Positions 9,641 to 18,611 of a stretch of 43,946 nt of DNA are shown here, piece after piece. Position numbers and translations under genes: made by a program. Location: the NCBI GenBank assembly GCA_043819075.1, contig JBDRFE010000026.1:1-43946 (forward strand), read 5' to 3'. Origin of the DNA: an archaeon. GTDB taxonomy: Archaea > Iainarchaeota > Iainarchaeia > Iainarchaeales > 1-14-0-10-31-34. The notes under the pieces were generated by a model, which was given only the letters and a program-made list of their open reading frames with translations, ran no database searches and was not told where the DNA came from. How positions within the stretch are numbered: position 1 is the stretch's first letter; each line of letters starts with the position of its first letter.

Positions 9641-10429
9641 TTAAAGTATTTCAAGGATTTTGTCACAGAACTGGCTTAAAGAATTTACGACCCCTCTTTG
9701 TTCTTCTGACTTAACCATTAATAGAACGCCTTTTATTTTCCATTCCCTGAGCCTTCCGATAATCAAATGAGTAAACCTTTCAACAGAAGAAACATCATTG
9801 TAAATCAATAAGGTGCTGATTGAATCAAATATAAGGAATTTGGGTTTTTCTTCCATTCTTTTGTATGAATCGTCTATTGCAACGCTTAATTCAGTCAGGT
9901 TTCTCGGGGACTCAGTGAATTGAACGCTTTCAGTTTCAACCACATTTTTTCCTGTTCCTCTGCTTATTGCATCAATGAAGAAAATTTTTTCTGTGTCAAT
10001 TTTTTCTTTTTTAAGTGTTTCAATCATGAATTCATGTGACCTGTTCAGGGTAATGTATAAGCCATTGCCTTTTGTGTGGTTTAAGAGAATGCGGATTAGT
10101 TCATAATTTATTTTAGAGTAATTTGTCGGTTCAACAATCAATAATGCAGTGAACTGCTCTTTTGGAAGTTCTTCCAGGTATTTAAGTATTTTTAAATCAA
10201 TTCCCCTTCTTGGGTTAATTAATTCAGTTAATTCTTCTTCTGGGTTAAGCTCTCTTTTCAGGTTTGTTTTCATTTCTATTTTATTGTCTTTTTCTTTTGC
10301 CACAATTGTTTTTTTCTGTGTTTCAGGCTTTGTAAGCAGTTTTTCTAATTCTTTTACAGGGTCTCTTGCGGGTTTTTTAACTTTTTTTACAGATTCTTTT
10401 TCTTTCTGTGTTTTTTTCTTTTTTTTCAT
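9641..10429 (-). CDS. DUF835-like inactive RecA/KaiC-fold protein with a Lys/Glu-rich N-terminal extension
   Basis: YITLNR, FFIDA, SPRNLTELS, LIFDSISTLLIYN, FCDKI motifs. No Walker A. Directly downstream of the KaiC-like gene. Confidence 0.75.
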   Translation of the reverse strand: MKKKKKTQKEKESVKKVKKPARDPVKELEKLLTKPETQKKTIVAKEKDNKIEMKTNLKRELNPEEELTELINPRRGIDLKILKYLEELPKEQFTALLIVEPTNYSKINYELIRILLNHTKGNGLYITLNRSHEFMIETLKKEKIDTEKIFFIDAISRGTGKNVVETESVQFTESPRNLTELSVAIDDSYKRMEEKPKFLIFDSISTLLIYNDVSSVERFTHLIIGRLREWKIKGVLLMVKSEEQRGVVNSLSQFCDKILEIL

Positions 10430-11131
10430 TTAAATGTCCTCGAATAATTCTTGTTTTGATAAGACTTTTAATCCTGTCGGGCCAATCGTTACAGGATGAA
10501 GCTTTTCAGATATTTTTGTTCCCCTCATCTTTAATACCCCTAAACTTCTTACAAACCTGTTCTCTATTTTTGTGTGGTACAATAATAGCACTCCGTCTGC
10601 AACATATTCTTCTAATCCGAATAAGCTTCTTGTCTTGTCCAAGTTTATTTCGTTTGTGATTACTGTAGTGCAGTCAATTAGCTTAAGCATTTTGCCCAAA
10701 CTCATTATTCTTTTTCTTGCATCTAATTCTCTGTCAAAGTATAATCTGAAAATAACTCCTGGGTCAATTACAAGCCTTTTTGCGTTGATTACCTGAATAG
10801 AGTCTTCAATTAAGTTTTTCAGCTTGTCAAAGTCATATAATTCAACTGTTTCAATCATCAGCATCTTTTTTTTGATTAATACTTCTAAATCGTATCCGAA
10901 TTCTTTTCCGTTCCTGATTATTTCGTCATATGATTCTTCTAATGAAATGTATATTCCTGGTTCATTGAAATCTGTTGCACCCCTGAAAAGGTATTCAATG
11001 CAAAAGCAGGTTTTTCCTGAGCCAGGGTCTCCTGCTAATACAACTAAGTTTCCTCTGGGAATTCCGCCGTCAAGCAGTTCATCTAATCCAGGAATCCCGG
11101 TTTTTGTTCTGTCAGTTAATCTTGCCATCAA
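10430..11131 (-). CDS. Single-domain KaiC-like (COG0467) RecA-superfamily ATPase
   Basis: TGIPGLDELLDGGIP, Walker A GDPGSGKT, SLEE, LVID, EEYVADG, KMRG. Confidence 0.92.
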   Translation of the reverse strand: MMARLTDRTKTGIPGLDELLDGGIPRGNLVVLAGDPGSGKTCFCIEYLFRGATDFNEPGIYISLEESYDEIIRNGKEFGYDLEVLIKKKMLMIETVELYDFDKLKNLIEDSIQVINAKRLVIDPGVIFRLYFDRELDARKRIMSLGKMLKLIDCTTVITNEINLDKTRSLFGLEEYVADGVLLLYHTKIENRFVRSLGVLKMRGTKISEKLHPVTIGPTGLKVLSKQELFEDI

Positions 11132-11250
11132 TCTTCACTTCTAAAATATAATGTTGAAGTTATTTAAAATAACTCGCTTAATTTTTTTGTTTAATATCTT
11201 ATCCAATAATCTTTTTTTGTGTGAAACCCGCCAAAGGTTTTGTTTTCTTA

Positions 11251-11269
11251 CCCGCAAAACATTTAAATA
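11251..11269 (+). promoter_or_regulatory. Putative BRE + TATA box of the major pilin gene
   Basis: CCCGCAAAAC-A-TTTAAATA about 60 nt upstream of ATG 11329. Strong Shine-Dalgarno GGAGG at 11317-11321. Confidence 0.6.
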
Positions 11270-11328
11270 CAATTAACATTCTAATAGTATTCAATCATTG
11301 TTTTTTAAAAATTTAAGGAGGAAGATAA

Positions 11329-11769
11329 ATGTTTAAGAACAATAAAGGACAATCTGCCTTGGAATACTTAATGACATATGGTTGGGCTTTGGTTGTAATT
11401 GTAATTGTTATTGCAGCCTTGTTTGCTTTTGGTGTCTTTAATACTCCAAAAAACTGCACTCAGACAAGCGGGCTTCTAATAAAAGACTATGACTTTAACG
11501 GTGGCACTATCCAGCTTAGAATACAGAACGGAACACCAGACACAATAACTTTAACAGCTTTTTCATCAGAGCATAGCACTTCGTGGTATGGTTTGGGCGG
11601 AGATGCAACAACAGACGCTGCAAATGGTTCAGCGCTTGCCAGAACAGATGTCAACACATTCTTTTTGCAGGGAAGTTATACAGGGAATATTACTGAAGAA
11701 ATCACAATAAACTATTCCGCTGGAGGACTCACAAAAACAGCAAAAACAACTTGTAGTGGACCAGTTTAA
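11329..11769 (+). CDS. Probable major type IV pilin (class III signal peptide)
   Basis: MFKNNKG|QSALEYLMTYGWALVVIVIVIAAL signal, terminal Cys pair, own promoter and strong RBS. Confidence 0.9.
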   Translation: MFKNNKGQSALEYLMTYGWALVVIVIVIAALFAFGVFNTPKNCTQTSGLLIKDYDFNGGTIQLRIQNGTPDTITLTAFSSEHSTSWYGLGGDATTDAANGSALARTDVNTFFLQGSYTGNITEEITINYSAGGLTKTAKTTCSGPV

Positions 11770-11785
11770 ATTTAAACTTCCACTC

Positions 11786-11916
11786 TTTTTTTCTTTTTTT
11801 TTATTTTTAGCTGGCAATTAATGCCTGTTTTTTTTTGCTGTTTTTCTTTTTTTTATTTTTAATTAGCAATTAGTGTATGCTTTTTTTTTGCTTATTTTGC
11901 TTTTTTTGTTTGTTTT
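11786..11916 (+). terminator. Oligo-T terminator region with an imperfect ~52-bp tandem duplication
   Basis: Several T7-T9 runs after the pilin stop. Copies at about 11788-11839 and 11841-11892 (TTTTTCTTTTTTTT(T)ATTTTTA...GCAATTA...TTTTTTTTTGCT). Confidence 0.55.
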
Positions 11917-12905
11917 TATGTAAGTGACCTGAAAGAGTTTTCCAGTATGGCTAATACAATAAAATAAATCACATATGATGCGATTAACATTAAGGGAATG
12001 TATTTTATTCCGCCTTTTTCGCTTCTTGAATTGATTATTCCTATTGTAAGTGAGCCGAAAACAGATATCATTGCCAAGGTAACTAAAGAGAAAAGCAGGA
12101 TGAATTCAGGGGTTATAAGCATACCGCCTGTTCCTACTCCAATGGCAGATTTTGATGAAACCATTGCAGCTGTTTCTGTCGGAATGCTTCCGATTCCTCC
12201 CATTTGTTTTGACATTATTTTTACAATAAAAGAGCTTATCCCAAACATTAATGGAGCGCCAATCATTGAAGCAAAAAAAATCAGTATTACGTACATTGAA
12301 ACATTTCCTTTTACTTCTTCTTGTAATGCATTTTGTTCTCTTAAGTCATCTGATAATTGGATGAGCAGGTTAGCCATTTCTCCGCCTGAATTAATTCCTT
12401 CTGTTATCAGCCAGATAGTCCTTTCAAATGTTTTTGATCGGATTTTTTGTGTCATTTCCCTTAATGCAGTTTCAGTTCTTTCTCCTGTCATCATTTTTTT
12501 GCTTGCCTGCTTTAACTCCATTTCTAATGGCCCGAACTCTGGCCTTGCAGAAACAAGCAAAGCCTTTTCTGTTGTCAGCCCTGATTTCATGTTTGATGCA
12601 ATTAACTGCAAGGCGTCTGGCAGGATTTTTTCCACAAACCTTGCTTTTGATTCTCCTGTCTGGTTCAATAAATAGTAAATGCTTCCTGCGGTAAGGAAAA
12701 AACCGATTACAAAGCCTACAATAAAGTTAATCCAGAAAAAGTATGTTAACGCAAATCCTATTGCAAAAGCCATTGCAATGCTTAAGACTATTATGAATCC
12801 AGCAAAATTTTTTGAATCAATGTCTATTCCAGAGTACCTTAATTCTTTTTCAAATTCTCTAAGCAAATTGTTTGGAATCATTCTTCCAATTCTTTCGTAC
12901 AGCAT
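11916..12905 (-). CDS. Type IV pilus platform membrane protein (T2SSF, TadC-like)
   Basis: LPDALQLIASNMKSG, EFGPL, SGG motifs. N- and C-terminal TM pairs. Lies in the ATPase operon. Confidence 0.9.
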   Translation of the reverse strand: MLYERIGRMIPNNLLREFEKELRYSGIDIDSKNFAGFIIVLSIAMAFAIGFALTYFFWINFIVGFVIGFFLTAGSIYYLLNQTGESKARFVEKILPDALQLIASNMKSGLTTEKALLVSARPEFGPLEMELKQASKKMMTGERTETALREMTQKIRSKTFERTIWLITEGINSGGEMANLLIQLSDDLREQNALQEEVKGNVSMYVILIFFASMIGAPLMFGISSFIVKIMSKQMGGIGSIPTETAAMVSSKSAIGVGTGGMLITPEFILLFSLVTLAMISVFGSLTIGIINSRSEKGGIKYIPLMLIASYVIYFIVLAILENSFRSLT

Positions 12906-12908
12906 TTT

Positions 12909-13805
12909 TTATCCCATTAAATTTGGTGTCTTTGATTTTAATATTCCTAAGTACATGAATTCTCCTACTGCAACAAACATTAACAGCATCCAAAAAAGAA
13001 GCTCGCCTAATTTCATTTGCGGAAAAGAAGAAAGCACTATCAAAAACGTTACCCCAAGAGAAGGAATTATTACCCCTAACATCATGTACATTAATGAAAG
13101 CAGTTTCATTGAGTTTCCATAGCGGGTTATCTGCAGTTTTTCTTCTCTAATCATTGTTGCCACTAATTCTTCCATTACTTGGCTTACGTCTGCCCCTGCT
13201 TTCATTCCGTTAATTATCTGCCAGATGCTTCTCCTGAAAAAAATTGACGGATTATATCTTGCAATTTTTTCCAGTGCAGCTTCTTCTATTGTTCCGGTTT
13301 CAATTTCTTTTACTGCTTTCCTGAATTCAGTTGATAATGCGCCGTAATCCCCTTGAGCTATAATGTTTAATGCATTGAATAAAGATACTCCTGATTTTAT
13401 TTCAACTGTCATTGTCCTTAAAGCAAAAATTAAATTCCTTTCAATTTCTCTTACTTTTTGTTTTCCCTTCATTTTAGGGTATAATGCAACCTGAACCATT
13501 ACAAAAAGGCCCAATAATATTCCTCCAGCCAATCCTGCTAAAAGAAACAAGTCAGGCAAAAGCCTTACTCCGATTAAAACCGCTATAACAAACCCAAGTA
13601 ATGCATATATTGCGCCCATTGCAAGGATTATTGAACAGTATTCTTTGTCTTCATAAGATATTTCTGACTGGCTTAATTCAAGCTTTAAGTAAGGAAAAAG
13701 TTTTGACAGCTTTAAGCCTAATCCATAAAACTTTGCTGAAACCCCTTTTATCACAGGCAATGGCATGAAATTGAACGGAATTATTGTGCTTTTATCTGTC
13801 TCCAT
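12909..13805 (-). CDS. Type IV pilus platform membrane protein (T2SSF, TadB/TadC-like)
   Basis: NLIFALR...IKSGVSLFNAL...YGALSTEF pattern and TM helices. Directly after the ATPase. Confidence 0.9.
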   Translation of the reverse strand: METDKSTIIPFNFMPLPVIKGVSAKFYGLGLKLSKLFPYLKLELSQSEISYEDKEYCSIILAMGAIYALLGFVIAVLIGVRLLPDLFLLAGLAGGILLGLFVMVQVALYPKMKGKQKVREIERNLIFALRTMTVEIKSGVSLFNALNIIAQGDYGALSTEFRKAVKEIETGTIEEAALEKIARYNPSIFFRRSIWQIINGMKAGADVSQVMEELVATMIREEKLQITRYGNSMKLLSLMYMMLGVIIPSLGVTFLIVLSSFPQMKLGELLFWMLLMFVAVGEFMYLGILKSKTPNLMG

Positions 13806-13814
13806 TTTTTTCCC

Positions 13815-16800
13815 CTAAAATTTTGGTTTTTTGTTTTCTTGCACCATTTTAATTATTTCGTTTTTGTCCATATAATAGTTTGCCATTATTTTTCCAACTT
13901 CTTTTATCGGCCTTATCTTATTTTTTACAAGCCAGTCAAGAATAGATTTTTTTGTTTTTAGTTCGCTTGTCATTTCCTGTTTGCTGAATCCTGTATGCAA
14001 TCCAAGTTCATCAAACAATCTCACGCTTTCAGAGTGCTTTTCAATTGAATCTATTGCTCCCTTCCACCTGTATAAAACATTTGCTTTTACTTCTTCTTCT
14101 GAACCCCTTCTTTCTGTAATGAATTCAGCTACCTGTAAAACTCTTCTTACATTCAGCCTTCTGTTCCTGAACATTACCACATTCAAATGAACTGAATCAA
14201 GCATTGTTTTTGGCACGTCAATTGGAGGATTTGTAAGCCTTCTGATTGTTTCTTCTGCAGTGTTTGCGTGAACTGTAGTGTAAGCTGAATGCCCTGTATG
14301 CATTGCTTCAAACAATACTTCTGCTTCTCTCTGCCTTCTAATTTCTCCTACAATTAATCTGTCAGGCCTCATCCTCAAAGAGTTAATTAAAAGCTGGAGC
14401 ATTGAGACTTCTCCTTTTCCTTCAACATTTGGTTCTCTTGTAGTTAATGGCACCCAGTGAAGATAAGGGGGGAGCGATAATTCCCTTGTATTGTGGCATA
14501 CAATGTTGTCTGCTATAAAGCTTTCGTTTTCAGGCACACTGAAATCATATACAAATCCTTCAAATTTTTCTGTTGAAATTTTTTCTATTCTGTCCCATTG
14601 AAGGTCATTGAACGCAAGTTCCTGTAACGAAAAAGAAATTTTTTCAGGATATTTCAGGATAATTTTCTGAAGGTTTTCCCTTCCGATAACTCCCCTGTAT
14701 TTCAGGCTTTTCCATCCCTTGTATGTTCTGGTTTTCCCTACTTCTTCTTTTAATGCTTTCTTTATTTCATTATGCATTTCTTTTGTTATCGGAATAATAT
14801 CGGTTATATCATGGTTTACAGAAGTCAGCCATTTTTCTGAGGCAGTATTTTTTTTGTTTATGCAGAAGCCTATGTCTTCAACGTATTTTTTCAGGAATTT
14901 GGTTCCAGAAATTCTTGCCTCAAAAGTTTTGTCTTTTAGCAGTTTCCATTTCACTCTCAGCGGAATGCCAAATCTTGATAAGAGTGTCTGCATATCTTTC
15001 AGCAACTGCATTGAACTTGACCTGACAGCAATATCGTTTTTTCTCACCCAACCGTCTCCTGAAAAATACCCGTTCAATAAAGCAGCAATTTCTTTTCTTT
15101 TAAGAGAGAAAACCCATTCAGGAACTTTTTTTGTGTAAGCGTTTCCTTTTAATTCAAAAACATTTTCCATCAGCTGTTTTACTGGTTTTGAGTTAACCAT
15201 TAAAGTAAACCCGTCTGAATGCATTTTAGTTTTAAGATTAAATCTTTCTGCAATGCATTCAACTGTTTTTCTTGCTTCAGGCTCTACAATTGACATTAAC
15301 ACACTGTTTTTGTCATAGCATCCGTCTGCAAGCCATATTCCAATAAACCTTGCGAACTCTTCATCTATTTCAATCTCCAGCGGGATTTGTGTTCCCTGCC
15401 CTGAAGAAATCCAGCCTTTTTGAGGGATTTTTTGTATTGTTTTAATCATTTTGACTGAAGCCGTGTTACGCATTATTGAATTCTGGATTGCTGATTTCCC
15501 AAAACCGTTTTTCAGCAATGTCTTGTTTTCTTTCAGCAAAGCTCCTATTTCGATGCTTTTCATAAAGCAGCCGTCAAATGCATTCATGTTTTTTCTTAAG
15601 TCAAAAGAAACTTTTTTTCCACTCCAGTTTTGTTTTCTTGGGGTTGCAATTAAAGTATTTTCATTTAATGAATTGCCTTTTATGGCTTTTATTTTGCCTT
15701 CTCCGAAAGTGAATAAAGAATGGTCTGGCGTTACTTTTATTTTTCTCCCGCTTTTCAAAGTAATTTCCATTAAATCTTTTTTTACCCAGTGCCTGATAAA
15801 ATTGCTTGGCTTTTTCCATTCAATTATTCCTTTTTTGTTCATGCTCTGTATTTCAATTTCTTCGTTGTTTTCAAGTGAAATATCTTTTATTGAATCATCT
15901 TCAATTATTCCATCAATCAATTTTCCGACAGTTGTTTTTTTTGTTGTTCCTTCGTGGCTGTAAATTATTTCACTGTTCCCGCTTACACTGTCTTCAATTG
16001 AAAGGATTCTCTGGTTTGGCTGGATAAACGGCAAACAAACATTTAATGAAGTTGTTTTTCCAGAGCCTGTTCCTCCTGAAAAAATAATGTTTAATTCGTA
16101 TTCCATTGCAAGCCAGATTAAAGCCATTACTTCTGTGTTGACTGTCTTGTTTTCAACAAAATCTGTTACAGTGTATGGTTCTCTCCTGAATCTCCTGATT
16201 GTTATTGTGTTTCCTTTGCTTGAAATAGGGAATAATGTTGCATTAGCTCTGTCTCCTGTAATCAAGTGTGCATCAAGCAATGGATTCAATATTGTAATCT
16301 GTTTTCCTATTCTTCTTGCAATAATGCTTGCGTAATTTTGTATTTCGCTTTCAGGTGAAATAAATACATTTGTTTTAAGCCAGCCATATCCTTTATGGTA
16401 AACCCAGATAGGTTCTGTTGCGGCATTAATCACTATTTCTTCCAGGTTTCCGTCATTCAACAAGAATTCTATTTTTCCTAATCCAAGCATTTCTTCTAAC
16501 AGCATCCCGATTAAAACATTTCTTGATCCTTCAGCTATGTTTGGCAGTTCTTTGTCTAAAACTTTTTCTGCTTTTGCCTGGAATTTTTTTTTCAAGGAAT
16601 CAACAAAATCAGGGTCCATCATTCTTTCTGCCTGAATAGTTGAATCAGTTATAATGCTTCTTTTCAGGTTTTCCAGTACTGCTTCTGTTCCCTCGCCGAA
16701 TTCAGGGAAATCAAGCAAATAAACCCTTACAAATTCTTTTTCCCTTTCAACTATGTTTACTTCTATTTCTGTTTCAATTGATTTAATCTTGTATGTTTCA

Positions 16801-16817
16801 AGGACTTTTTCTCTCAT
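13815..16817 (-). CDS. Type IV pilus assembly ATPase (VirB11/TadA/CpaF family), intein-containing
   Basis: Walker A GGTGSGKTT, Asp box SIED|TREL, LRMRPDRLIVGEIR, AMHTGH, TTVHA. Spliced product would be 500 aa. Confidence 0.95.
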   Translation of the reverse strand: MREKVLETYKIKSIETEIEVNIVEREKEFVRVYLLDFPEFGEGTEAVLENLKRSIITDSTIQAERMMDPDFVDSLKKKFQAKAEKVLDKELPNIAEGSRNVLIGMLLEEMLGLGKIEFLLNDGNLEEIVINAATEPIWVYHKGYGWLKTNVFISPESEIQNYASIIARRIGKQITILNPLLDAHLITGDRANATLFPISSKGNTITIRRFRREPYTVTDFVENKTVNTEVMALIWLAMEYELNIIFSGGTGSGKTTSLNVCLPFIQPNQRILSIEDSVSGNSEIIYSHEGTTKKTTVGKLIDGIIEDDSIKDISLENNEEIEIQSMNKKGIIEWKKPSNFIRHWVKKDLMEITLKSGRKIKVTPDHSLFTFGEGKIKAIKGNSLNENTLIATPRKQNWSGKKVSFDLRKNMNAFDGCFMKSIEIGALLKENKTLLKNGFGKSAIQNSIMRNTASVKMIKTIQKIPQKGWISSGQGTQIPLEIEIDEEFARFIGIWLADGCYDKNSVLMSIVEPEARKTVECIAERFNLKTKMHSDGFTLMVNSKPVKQLMENVFELKGNAYTKKVPEWVFSLKRKEIAALLNGYFSGDGWVRKNDIAVRSSSMQLLKDMQTLLSRFGIPLRVKWKLLKDKTFEARISGTKFLKKYVEDIGFCINKKNTASEKWLTSVNHDITDIIPITKEMHNEIKKALKEEVGKTRTYKGWKSLKYRGVIGRENLQKIILKYPEKISFSLQELAFNDLQWDRIEKISTEKFEGFVYDFSVPENESFIADNIVCHNTRELSLPPYLHWVPLTTREPNVEGKGEVSMLQLLINSLRMRPDRLIVGEIRRQREAEVLFEAMHTGHSAYTTVHANTAEETIRRLTNPPIDVPKTMLDSVHLNVVMFRNRRLNVRRVLQVAEFITERRGSEEEVKANVLYRWKGAIDSIEKHSESVRLFDELGLHTGFSKQEMTSELKTKKSILDWLVKNKIRPIKEVGKIMANYYMDKNEIIKMVQENKKPKF
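14490..15989 (-). mobile_element. Intein (500 aa) with LAGLIDADG homing endonuclease in the pilus ATPase
   Basis: Starts SVSGNSEI. Block B VTPDHSLF, LAGLIDADG motifs IGIWLADG and LNGYFSGDG, block F VYDFSV, ends VCHN followed by +1 Thr. Confidence 0.95.
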
Positions 16818-17897
16818 TCAACCATTCCTCTTCTTTTTTTTCTCTTTTTTTGGCACCACATAATTTTTTGCAATGAGTTTTGCCCCGCCAAACACAGGAA
16901 ATTCAAGTTTCACTAAATCGTTTTTTTCAAGGACAGCATAACATTGCTTTATTCGTTCAGAGCTTAACCCAAGCAGTTTCCCTGCTTCTTTTTCATTTAC
17001 TATTCCTTTCTTTTTCACTAATTCAAGCAGCCTGTCAAAATCTGTTACAATCTTTTTTTCCTGTATTTCTTTCATTTTTCCCGTTTTTTCCTCTTCTTTT
17101 TTCATTTCGCCCACTGTTGTTTCTGCAAAGGTTTTATCCCTTATTATCTCAGTTTTTTTTGCATATTTTCTCTCTATTGCATCAAGTATTCTGTCAAATC
17201 TTTTCATCAGGTCTTGAGGCGATATAAACTCAAATTCCTTTCTTATATCTCCTTCAGAAATATTGTTTTTCTTCATTGTTTTAACGATTTTTTCTTCCAT
17301 CTGCATTGCTGTTTTGTCTTTTATCGTCGGTGCAATTCTTTTTACTATTCCAGTAGGTTTTATTGATGCTTCTAATTTTTCAGGGGATTCAATTTTGTAT
17401 ACCCCGCTTGGCCCGCCTCCTCCAAAATAAGAATTTGATGTGAATTCTTTGTGAAAGGTTTTCATTGCTTGTTCTAGTTTCTGTTTGCTTGAAGGAGTGT
17501 GTTTTACTGCTTCTTCAATTTGTTCTTCTTGCACAGTTTTGAGTTCTGGTTTACCCTCAATTTCTTTTACTGCACTTTCTTTCATTGGTTTTGGCCTTCT
17601 TTTTTCTATTTCAATGGTTTTTAGTTCTTCATCATATTCAAAGAGTTTTTTCCTGTAATCCTCTTCATTTATTTGCCTGTGGAAAAAAGCTTTTTTCAAG
17701 TTCTTTATTTTTTCTTTTGTTTTTTCTATTTCAAAATTGATTTCTTCCTCCCTTTTTTGCTGCATTTCAATTAATTCTTTTTTGCTTGGTTCTGTTTTTC
17801 CCGAAACTGTTTTCCCTGTAATGATTTGTGCATCCCCTTTTATGCTTACAAGGGTTTTTTCTTTTCCAGTTGTAAATTCTTCATGAAACTGCTTCAC
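16818..17897 (-). CDS. Pilus-locus charged coiled-coil protein with a C-terminal winged-helix-like domain (C-terminal part of a frameshifted gene)
   Basis: C-terminal TDFDRLLELVKKKG...AGKLLG...LEKNDLVKLEFP looks like a wHTH. The frame stays open upstream of GTG 17897 into the poly-A region. Confidence 0.75.
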   Translation of the reverse strand: MKQFHEEFTTGKEKTLVSIKGDAQIITGKTVSGKTEPSKKELIEMQQKREEEINFEIEKTKEKIKNLKKAFFHRQINEEDYRKKLFEYDEELKTIEIEKRRPKPMKESAVKEIEGKPELKTVQEEQIEEAVKHTPSSKQKLEQAMKTFHKEFTSNSYFGGGGPSGVYKIESPEKLEASIKPTGIVKRIAPTIKDKTAMQMEEKIVKTMKKNNISEGDIRKEFEFISPQDLMKRFDRILDAIERKYAKKTEIIRDKTFAETTVGEMKKEEEKTGKMKEIQEKKIVTDFDRLLELVKKKGIVNEKEAGKLLGLSSERIKQCYAVLEKNDLVKLEFPVFGGAKLIAKNYVVPKKEKKKKRNG

Positions 17898-17952
17898 TGC
17901 TTTCTTTTTTTTTTCGCCGAGGGCTTGTTCTCTTTTCTTTTTAAGTTCTTCT

Positions 17953-18564
17953 TCAGGGGTGATAAAAGAAATTTTTTGCCTTGTTTTTCTTTTTTTCTTT
18001 TTTAATTGAACATTTTTCTCTTTCTTTTTTTTCCTTGTTTTGTTCTTTTTTTTTTTCGGTTTCTGTTCTTTCTTCTGCAGGTGTTATTTCTTCTGTTTCA
18101 GGCTCTTCTTCTGCCCTTTTTTTCTCCTTTTCTGTTTTTTTTTGTCTTGCAAATGCTTTTATTTCCCCTACTTTTTCTTCCAGTTCTTTCTTGAGCTCAA
18201 GTATTTCTTTTCTATGAAAACCAATTTCTCTCGCAATTTTTCCCCTTTTTCCCTCTTTTTTCCTTATTTCTTCAGCAAGCTTGACCACTTCTCTTATTTT
18301 TTCTTTTTCTTTTTCTTTTTTTGTTTTTTTTTCTAGTGTGAGAAGCACGTGCTGTTTTTCAAGAATCATTTCTTCTAATTCTTCAACTTCTTTCCTTTCA
18401 AGCGTTTTTTCCAGTTTTTCTATTTTTTCTTTTTCTTTTTTCGGTTGTTTTGTGAACAGGCTTTTCAGTTTGTAAATAAGGCTGTTTCTTTTTGTTTCCA
18501 GCTCTATTCTTTTGACTTCCAGCATTCTGCTTATGAGGAATTTTTTTCTTGCCTTTTTTTTCAT
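17953..18564 (-). CDS. Lys/Glu-rich coiled-coil protein, N-terminal part of the same frameshifted gene (about 581 aa if joined)
   Basis: Low-complexity K/E ORF that overlaps the open downstream frame across A11 (18046-18056) and A8 (18025-18032) runs. Confidence 0.65.
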   Translation of the reverse strand: MKKKARKKFLISRMLEVKRIELETKRNSLIYKLKSLFTKQPKKEKEKIEKLEKTLERKEVEELEEMILEKQHVLLTLEKKTKKEKEKEKIREVVKLAEEIRKKEGKRGKIAREIGFHRKEILELKKELEEKVGEIKAFARQKKTEKEKKRAEEEPETEEITPAEERTETEKKKEQNKEKKEREKCSIKKEKKKNKAKNFFYHP

Positions 18565-18611
18565 GCAAAAACCGTATTTATTTTGTTATTTGTTCTTTTT
18601 AATTGATTCTG

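Noticed and set aside
10430..11131. Circadian clock KaiC
   Set aside because: Single domain, with no KaiA or KaiB nearby. It fits the general archaeal COG0467 family.
17981..18475. Phe/Ser-rich plus-strand ORFs that look like membrane proteins
   Set aside because: They are antisense shadows of the Lys/Glu-rich gene. The same applies to the many other short antisense ORFs in the track.
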